This document shows positions 35,280-44,180 of a stretch of DNA of 44,180 nucleotides, in pieces. The DNA comes from Atractiella rhizophila (lineage: Eukaryota), in contig MU271184.1 in the NCBI GenBank assembly GCA_021432655.1, forward strand, positions 248,001-292,180, in the 5' to 3' direction. The notes under the pieces were generated by a model. The model was not told where the DNA came from and searched no databases. It was given only the letters and a program-made list of their open reading frames with translations. Within the stretch, counting starts at the first letter, position 1, and each line of letters opens with the position of its first letter. The position numbers were made by a program, and so were the translations under genes.

Positions 35280-35770
35280 GTGCAGTTTTATGGTCTTCTG
35301 AAGACCAAGAAGGACAATGATGTGGAGATTACATAAGAGGATCTTGACAAGGCAGCAGGAAGAACCAAGGTCTGTCACCTTTTTGACGTAGTGTTTGGCT
35401 ATAACTACTGAGTTGTCTCCTCCGAATAGATCACAGATTTAGATGGCAAAACTGCTCACATGCAATCTGAGCATGTCAATAATATCTTAAAGCGCTTAGA
35501 ACAGCAGTATGGTATCAGGTTTGTCTTTTGTCTGCACTAGGTGCTCCATGTCCTTGACATGTGATTATGGTAGTTTGACCAACGGGTCTTCAACAACCTC
35601 CTTCAAAAATTTATCGTATTAACAGACCAACCTTTCTCCTTGATGGAAAATCCCAAGTTCATAGTGTTGGTCTGCTACGCCCACTGGACTCGGTCAACCC
35701 TGAAAAATGTTGTGACAAGTGCCAACGGTACTCAAGTCAAATGTACACCAACAATAAGTTGAGGACTTGT
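35280..35770 (+). mobile_element. hAT transposase fragment
   Basis: KFIVLTDQPFSLMENPKFIVLVCYA at ~35607-35681 matches the hAT N-terminal conserved block. Flanks decayed. Confidence 0.55.
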
Positions 35771-36519
35771 AGCTTCCGTCAACATACCTGATTGCGTGGT
35801 TGCCACCCATATTTCAAATATTTTCCCCCACCAATGCCTCGAGTTTCCCACGTCGAGGATTTTGAATCAAGAGTTTTAGATCTTCTCCCAAGAATCTGGA
35901 TGGTGGAGGAGGGAATTTGTGGAGGATGATTGTGGAGACATGAGGAGACGGAGGAGAGATCGAGTCGGATGGTTCGGACCTGACGCCAGCAAAGCCGCAA
36001 TACATCTGGAAAGACATATCGGCTTTGATGCGCTCTCCCTTGAAGAAACGTAGTTCTTCCTTGATGGAGGAAAGGAAGACTCGATATTTCAGATCGATTC
36101 TTAAATGTCCATCCTAATTGGGTGCTTCTGTCAGAGTTAATTTTACTCTATTGTCATTTTCTAATCATTTCAGTCTAAGAGTTCCTGCAGTTTGCCACAA
36201 GATGTCTTCTTCGACGGAACGGGTGGTGCAGCTAAAGCTGTTATCTAGAGAGAATTGGATTTTCGGTTCTACAAAGCCCTTGGGACCTTCTGACCGGCAC
36301 TGACAATGTCTTCCGTCGAACATTCAACAACAGGTACTCGGGATAGAACATATATCCACTTCAGTTGTAACCCTTAACCCTCAAGGTCTAGGAGAGTGTG
36401 GAGCAATTTCTGACGTGCACAGGATAGCTGGCAGGTTGATTTTTGGATGGGAAATGAGAGCTCGCCCTACTTTGGGAGAATTTTGATTCAATTAAGGAGT
36501 TGAGGTCTTGACTACGGTT

Positions 36520-37830
36520 GACGGCGTCTTGGTGACATCAATATTGGCAGAGGCAATGATAACAATACATTGAATGGGAATGCCAGGATGCTTTTGTTGT
36601 TCCAACATTGGAATGAAATATAATTGCTGGGTACAGCTCCTAACACACCGCTTTCCTTAACATCCACAAGAATTATGGCCCCTCGCGTTGTTCTCCATCG
36701 TCAGTCTGCCTGTCTTGTCGTAGATGGTCAAGATAGAGATAATTCAAACTGCAGTAGTTCGTAACAACAATATGACTCCAAAATTTGGGAGCAATAATCA
36801 ACTTGCTGAATGTGGAGAGCCAAAGGTGCATCTTGTGGAAAGATTGGATAGGACTTTGCCAGTTAGTTATGGAGGCTTAGTGGTCAAGGTCAATGACAGC
36901 ATGTATTAAAACTTATATTCCAGGCTGCAACCAGTCCCTTGACAAGCTTGAGGACACTTCCGGATCCATCTTTGAAGCTAGGAGGTTGCTTCACATAAAG
37001 CACCTCCAAGTCTTCCAAATCTCCATTCAGGTAAGCCTATACTTACATGCATAGATATATGTTGCAGCCTTTGGCTGCTACGAGTGCAACCATGGCTCGC
37101 ACAGGCCCATCCGAGCCAAAGGAGCAAATTTTTGATTAGAATCTTGCCTTTGGATCTGACTAAATCCCTGGACTACTAGTCTTGCTTTGTATCACTCGAC
37201 TCTTTCCTCCTCATCCCTCTTTCAACGAAATACCCACTCAGATCCTTTCACATTGCGATCTTTTGTCAAATCCACTAATGCCCTCTCCCAAGCCCCATAT
37301 ATCTCCGGCTGCCTAAATGTCCTCTTCCGTAGCTTCTTTCCATCATTCCGATTCATTGGATTGTTTTGCTTCTTGTTAACTCTTGGAGTTGTCTTTTGAG
37401 CTGATCGAAGGTGCGAAAATGAATGCGAAGTTGACAGCTTCAGGTTATTGGGTCTCATTCCATTCCCATCGTGAGGTCCAGTTGCTCCTACCCTTCATAT
37501 GAGACCATCGGCAAAAGGTTGGCGCAGAGATGAAATCTGAGGCAGCGGCAAAATTTGTGGGAGGTCGAACACGGCAGTAAGACTTCTCTTGTAAGAATCA
37601 TCATGCTTTGCAGGCACGACAGAGCCGAGGTTTCCATTTTTCCATTAGTGCATGTCATATTCATCAGCTTCTTGATATAACACCTTTTACGAAACCGCTC
37701 ACTCCCTTGCCTAAACTCAGTTTCTGTCACTATGGAGCCTTTCACTGTCACACACGACACACGGCCAATCAGACAACCTACTACTTCAAGGAACATAATG
37801 ATCGCAACTATAGGCTAGCCTTGCTGTGAG
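36520..37830 (-). mobile_element. Ty1/Copia reverse transcriptase remnant
   Basis: GSEWVFR*KRD..YKARLVVQGFSQ..FAPLAR..AYLNGDLE..LYVKQPP..VLKL. Many stops. Confidence 0.85.
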
Positions 37831-40800
37831 AAAATTGTAGATGGAGCCACGCCGCAACTAGGAGACCTATTCCTGTATTCTTCGTCCGTCATCAATGTGG
37901 GCAAAGATTGTAGAAGTTTACAGACACTGTTGGGCAACGATGGATGTGGTGCGCTGAACATCAATTGACCACAGATGTGCTGCCATGTGACGGTCTCACA
38001 GAGATAAACTGCTGTTTTGTCGGAGAGAAATTTTCGTTCTAGGTTCGCCGCTTCATGGTAGCTAGATAAAAGGGCTGTCATAAGGCTTTAGCCTACTCCC
38101 CCGCCCCGCGCCTACTACTCGTTGGAAACGCCTTTGCGAGAGGATAAATTATATCTGGAAAACATGGATGGGCAAGTTGTATTGTCTCGAAGACTTTAAA
38201 GACCATCATGGATATTGTTCATCTGGGGACATTTTGATCGGAAGGCAACTGATAACTTTTTGAATTCATTATGATGGTTTCCTCAAAGTCTTTTCTGTGG
38301 GTAAGGTGGTTCCCACGCAAGTCGGAGTCGATGCCACCTCACCCCCTTCTGTGAAGGCTCATATCGACGCATATTTAACCAGTATGGCACCGAATACTTC
38401 CCGCCAACTAGGGATGGCTTACTCTGGCTGAGAGGTAAGCCCAACACTCTGCTCCTGACCTCATTCTCTGCTTTGTTGCCTTTGTGTTCACAGAGGAGGT
38501 AGGTTAAGCATACATTGCTAACAGCTTCAATAGCCTCCTTTCATTAACTCTTAGTTACATCTGTCAAATGTTTGATATGGAGAACAGATGTGAGTGGTGC
38601 AGTGGCTTCATTCCCTCTTTCCCCTCAGATTAATAGAATGAAAAGACAAAAGGCCTGCAGTCATCAGAAAGCATTTTATATCTTGTAAGATTAGAGGTGA
38701 ACAGTTTGGTCAGAACGATCCAATCGCATTTGTTGTTGGCTGTGGGAAAACATGTGAAACCTCAAAGATAGCTCTCTCCTAAATTCCGTTTGTCAGAGTT
38801 GACATTAACATGTATACGAAAGTAGTAGACAGCTAAGCCAGGGTTTGTTAAGACGAAGGCGGATTGTACTAAGCGAAGAATGAGAGGTTTAAGTATTGTT
38901 GGGGGTTGTGGCTCCCCTGCATGGCATGCAATAATGATAACACTCGCTGGGGAATATAGGCACACAAACAGCAGCGCAACTTTCAGTCCAGCCTGGAGTT
39001 CCTTGGCTCTTGCTCTTTCCTTCCCCGTCGAGACCTAACTTGTTGGCTTCGGGCATTGAGAGCTAGTCACGCGACGAGATCCCCAGATCTGGCCTCCGTT
39101 TCTCCAAACGCTGTACCTCTGAGACAGAAGTCATCTTCTCTTTTGTTGCCGCAGAAGTTGCGCTCCGGGGGAGTAGATGTGCATACGAAGTTCTACGAGT
39201 TCACGACGATGTTTCATAAGCCATCGATCACAATAAACCTGATGTGCCTGCTGTTCCGTTAGAATGACGTCGATGACCTTGAGTGCATGCCTCTACTTCA
39301 CTCTGTAGTCCTTCCCAGATGCATCCATTGGCCTGGTTCCTGCAGCTAAACACAACTTGAATTTGTTTGTTGGGAAGCAAGAGTTGTCCGAGTCTTCACA
39401 GAACACAAATCGTGGCTTGATGCCACAATGTAGGTTCCAAACGTCAAGATGATACATCTCATGTGAGTAGCGTTCCTGCCTTGCAATGCGAAGGATCATC
39501 GATCATCTTTGAAGCGTGGACAGGCTTGCCACAAATCATTAGCGAGTGCGAGACCCCTCGCAACGTTTATATCTCTATCACCTTTGACATTTGGGGAGGA
39601 TACCTTTCCACCTGGTGAGAAACTTTGCGTTCTGTGCGGTCATTCAGCGATTTTGGCATCCCCTTTGCCGGCCGCTTATTTCACCAACTTTTGATTCGCA
39701 ATGGAAGATGAACCTTGAAGTACCTCAATAGATCGCCATCAAGTGGCAACCCTCCAGAGATCATTCACGTTTCGGTGATAAAGTGAATGTCGAAATCCAC
39801 ACTGAACGCGCAAATATCTGGTTATTCTCCTTTTGGACTGGCTGGCCACCGGCCACCAGTTTGCCAGAGCGACCCGGTTTAACCTCCTTTTTCAACTCGA
39901 ACAAGGCCCACGGTCGTTTCCTCCCTCGTTCAAGGGGTGGAGTGCCAGAGCTGAACAAAACAGTCGCGTGATAGCGTGGCTAAGTTGAAAATGAGGGTAA
40001 ATCAGGTTTAAAAGCACTTGGACATCCCAAACACTGTCGGATCCATCAAGGCAAAGAAACAAAAACATGAACATGGAGTGCCGAACCAACCTAAAAACAA
40101 GAAAGTTAGATACGGTCCTCTGGGGTTGAGAATCCAAGTCGGTTGTCGGTGAAAGCGGCCGCAGCCAAATAAAACAACAGTTCTGGGCGGTTCCGCAAGA
40201 CGTACGCACTTCACCAGCTCACCTAATACTAACCGGCTAAGGCAGGTCCACGAATTGTCTGTCATCACAAACAAGGTGTGCTCTAGCACCTCCTTTCAGT
40301 GATTGTGGGAGACAAAAGTGATTGAAGGCAGAAATCTATCAAAGGAGGGTTGATCGGGTACACATGAGCGCAGACAAGATTCAAAATTATGCCGAGTGAA
40401 GAGGAAGTCTCAACTCCAATACTCAATAATCGTTGATTGTTGGTTCGGAGCCTTACTTATTTCATCAGTGCCATTAGTGGGCTGGGGCGGAACTAACCTC
40501 AGGCTTGGGTCTCAGTAGCAAACTTGCGGCCGGTCTGAACACGGAGTGCCATCTCCACAAAGTTAGGTTCAGTGGAAGTCTGGTGTGCCACCTCTGTTTC
40601 GAAATCTGGAGCCTAGAAGAAGAAAAGCATACGTTGTGCTGAATCCTATAGTTGGGGGTACCGATTGATCCATTGTCGTGAGATGACGAGCTCCATGCTC
40701 GTGCTTGGGTGATGACGGCAAGAAGGCTGCTGAGCGTTGAGATTCATTGCTGAAAGGCACGGCATATCAATACTTTGCCCAATTATATATGTCTTTGAGA

Positions 40801-41300
40801 TGAAAATGAGAACTACCACCATGTAAGTCAGGTCTCGGTCAAAGGACGCGACGTACCTGCAAAATGATAAGCCGTATCTGATGAAGCTAGGAAGAGGATG
40901 AGTTCGAGGATTTGAAGGATTGATGTGAGCAGGTTGGCTCCGACGCCAAATTGGATTAACTGCTTCAGGGATATTTGCACTTCCCACACCTACAATAACG
41001 AAGCAAGAAACCTACACGCAATATCAGGTCTGTTGTTGCCTGAAGTTATATCAGCGCGGACAGACATGGGTTGAAGGAGACCGACAGAGAAGTTGGTGCT
41101 TCTCAGATGCTTCTTGAAAGCCAGCATGAAAAAGAGTGCAAAAAGGCAATCGACAAAGGCGGATCCGCCAAGCTGCAAGGAAGCACCTGTTTCCAGCTCA
41201 CTACAGCGAGAAGCATTTAAAACCTGATTGCTGCACAAAGCGTTCTGTCAAAGGGCGGCCGATAAAATTCATGCCGTAATCCGCAAGAAGCACTAGTCCA

Positions 41301-42268
41301 TGAGACTCTGCAAAAAGCGAGTTGCTTTAGCTCGACTAGAGCGTGAACTAAGAGGCTCAATCAATAAATGAGAGCTTAAAAGAAAAGGAGAGACAGGAAC
41401 CAGCTTATGCTAGCCACACTGAAGTGTAGGGCCGCTTATCAAGCTATCTGGTCTCAGAATAAAGACAATGGATCTTACAGGGGCGCTTCTACGGCCCGGG
41501 GAACTTACCTCGATTCTTACCACACTTTCTACTGTGAGTGCGAAGTAAGATGATGAGGAATAAGATGCATTTACACTAACAATTGAGGCTTCTTATATAG
41601 GCCAATGAATCGGATAATGACGCGATACAGATCTGTAAGCACTGCAAATCGAGCCACAAAAGCGATTAGAATACATTTCATTGGTACTTAAGAGAAATAA
41701 CTTCACCTGCAAATGCGAGCCACAAATCTAGCATATTTGTGAGAAATATCACCGTAGCCCGTCGCCGTTCCTTGAGCCAATTATCAAGCAATAGAAGAAG
41801 AAAAAAGGAAAGAGAAAAAGTCACAAGACCAAAATGACGTACGAAGTGAGAAATGGGAATGCGCAAATGTCCATCTTATTCCTCTATCATCAGTGTCTTG
41901 GCATGAGTCATAAGACGCACTTTTGAGCATTCATACCTCCCTCAGCAAGGATGTTGAAATGAAATGAATGACACCAGCTTATTGCATATGCTTGTGTCTT
42001 CCTGAATCTGCAGGGAAATTTTTTTCTGCAGAGGTCAAAAAATGTGTTTCATACTGGACTCGAACCCTCACAAGGGTCACAGAAGGAAGGGTTCAAGGGC
42101 CATGCCCCTTAAGAGTGGGTTGGGGGGCCTGAGGGACCCGTTGACACACTTGTCAGATAAAGATCAAACAACATCGCGAGAAAACCCGTAATACACGAGT
42201 AGATAGAAATATGGAATGATCTAAAAGCGTGGAACGAAGAGGAAGCTGAAGGGAACCAATGAGTCTCG
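41301..42268 (-). mobile_element. LTR-like repeat (copy of 1-394) interrupted by a solo LTR; far boundary uncertain
   Basis: 41301-41617 is rc of ~83-394; 42161-42243 is rc of 1-~83. Confidence 0.75.
41618..42155 (-). mobile_element. Solo LTR, 538 bp, with 5-bp TSD (Copia-related)
   Basis: Termini TGAC...GTCA. TSD GATAA at 41613-41617 and 42156-42160. ~41618-41875 is homologous to the Copia LTR at 43374-43549. Contains a putative intron 41642-41706 with a duplicated ~20-nt unit. Confidence 0.9.
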
Positions 42269-42846
42269 CCAGGGAATCGACGGATCTCGCCTTCCAGCTT
42301 CTAAATAAGGCTAAAATACCATGCAGTTATCTCTCCCTTTTCTCCCGATCTATCGTACCCACTCTGAGTCGACAGGAGAGGTGTAGAGAGACGGGGGAGT
42401 TGTGAGGTACTCAATGGTCAATGGGACTTCCAAGTTAGGCAGGAGCCGCCTCCAGAATAGGAAGGTATTGCCGCATTTGACCATTGTGTCTCCCAAGTCC
42501 ATTGGGATTTGAGGGGCTGAGTTATTGGCAGGAGTGACAGGATGATAATGAGAAAGCTTGCTAACATCGAACGGATCTCGGCATCCACCCCATCTGCCGC
42601 CACTTGAATTGAGGTCCTCCGAATATGCTGTCATGCATGCTTTTCACTCCCATGCTGCTCCGATTCCTTTCAACCTTCCAAAAACGGCGAATTTTTGTCC
42701 GTTTCTACGTTCCAATTCAAGGAGGTCTCCCAGATTATGCTCTTTCATTCAATATCTAACCGGGCTATTTTGCAGCTAGTCCACTCCACTGTTCGATCCA
42801 AAACCTGCTCCTCAACCCTCCAGCTTCAGAGCTCTTTGACTGAAGA

Positions 42847-43340
42847 TTGCCATTAGTGGATGTGAATGAAGACCTTGTTGGCTATTCCGATTCCGATTTC
42901 GCCGCCAGCCACGATCGAAGGTCCATTTCAGGAACGCTCTTCACGCGCGCTGGAGGAGCGGTAATTTGGAACAGTAAGAAACAATCTCTAGTTACGTTGT
43001 CATCATCAACAGAGGCCGAATATGTTGCATTGTCGTCAGCCGCAAGAGAAGCATCATGGATCAGGAATCTCTTCAAGGATCTCCAAATCCCTCTCGCTTT
43101 TCCCATCACTATCTACGGCGACAACCTTTGTTCCATCAACTTGCCAACAAGCTCATCTTCAGACAACGAACCAAACATATTGATGTCCCATTTCACTATA
43201 CACGCGAATGTGTCTCTAATCGAAAAATCGAGCTTCAATACATGGATACGAAGGAACTTCCAGCAGATATCCTTACAAAGGGAGTAAGCAAGATGAAGTT
43301 GGAAGGAGCAATGAGTAAATTTGGGATGATGAATGAGTGA
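42847..43340 (+). mobile_element. Ty1/Copia RNase H (3' end of pol), one frameshift
   Basis: LVGYSDSDFA..RRSISG..WNSKKQ..STEAEY..DN..RTKHIDV..ADILTK. Confidence 0.95.
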
Positions 43341-43373
43341 AAGATGCATGAAATATGAATGTGAGGGGGAGTT

Positions 43374-43549
43374 TGATGGACTTTTGCACAGTCTCATTTC
43401 TCTTTCTTCTTCTGTTGCTTGATAATTGGCTCAAGGAACGGTGACGGGCTACGGTGATATTTTCTCACAAATATGCAAGACCCCTGCAGTGCGAGTCCCA
43501 TAGCTTTTTTGGCTCGTATTTGCAGTGCTTACAGCTCAGTATCTCATCA
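43374..43549 (+). mobile_element. Copia 3' LTR, 176 bp
   Basis: Follows the polypurine tract GAGGGGGAG (43363-43371). Termini TGATG...CATCA. Homologous to rc(41618-41875). Confidence 0.88.
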
Positions 43550-44180
43550 AAGCTGGCTAGCGCAGTAGCTCCTTAATTGCAGAAAGCAACCAACAATTTA
43601 TCATTGTGTCGAGAAGCAGTTCACAACGAAATCTCAATGAAACTAAAGATAACAACATTGACCGGAAAGCGATCACAGCTTACTTAAACCATGAGTCATT
43701 GAGGAAACCGGATTGCCTGCGGGAATGACGAAAATTTGGCATTTCAAAGTTGGAAAAAAGTTGGAAACATGCCGTCTTGGTTCTGATCTTCCATTTCACG
43801 GAGAATTTCTGCCGTCCTCTTAACAATGTCACCATCAGGTAACGCTTCGGTGCTGTTCGGGTCAAGGAAAAAAGCTTTCAGATTGTCCCACGTCAATAGC
43901 TGGATTCTTCCACCCAGCATCCTCGGATAGACATAGACGCCTTCAGGAGCAATGGAGATGTTGGAGTTCCCTATTAAAGTATGTCAGCAGATGAACCATC
44001 ATTCCAGGAGGCCAGACCTGCTTCCATTCTGTTCTGGTGGAGAGCTGGATAATCGTGCTTTCGAGATATTTAGTGATATCCTTTCTCAGGATTCCAATTT
44101 GGTTTGGTTAATGTGCTTGTGAACATTCGACGATATCCGTTTTATTGACCGCTCGAGATGAAAAATGCATCTGGGAGGCG

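Noticed and set aside
37830..41290. Possible decayed genes on the minus strand
   Set aside because: Frequent stops and no motif I can identify with confidence.
42261..42501. Candidate far termini/TSD for the 41301 LTR (GAGTCTCG at 42268, TACTCA at 42413, GTCTCCCA-AGTCCA at ~42495)
   Set aside because: None gives an exact GTCCA duplication next to a CA end; boundary left unresolved.
43560..44180. Minus-strand coding-like stretch at the window end
   Set aside because: Interrupted by stops, truncated by the window edge, no recognisable family.

Overview
Eukaryotic, fungal (basidiomycete-like: short ~45-75 nt GT-AG introns, fungal TE families) repeat-dense region, mostly decayed and nested transposable elements. 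Present are a 5'-truncated Tad1-type LINE with TSD, five LTR copies (three are TSD-flanked solo LTRs), a DIRS/Ngaro tyrosine-recombinase retroelement split by a pogo-like insertion plus an inversion, Gypsy and Copia remnants, a Helitron Rep fragment, CACTA- and hAT-like scraps, and a near-intact 3.6-kb TIR-bounded IS630/Tc1-mariner transposon. Host-gene relics include a DOMON-cytochrome b561 gene, RPN5, YVH1, a TPR-like and an F-box-like ORF. The most interesting signal is a design shared by LTRs of apparently unrelated sequence: an upstream antisense arm, then unit X ending in CAG, then a GT..AG intron whose 3' end is a second copy of X, then a short tail to the LTR end. The arm can base-pair over the splice donor. 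This suggests a splice switch that differs between the 5' and 3' LTR and could regenerate the intron during reverse transcription; that mechanism is inference, not demonstrated. All alignments were done by eye.
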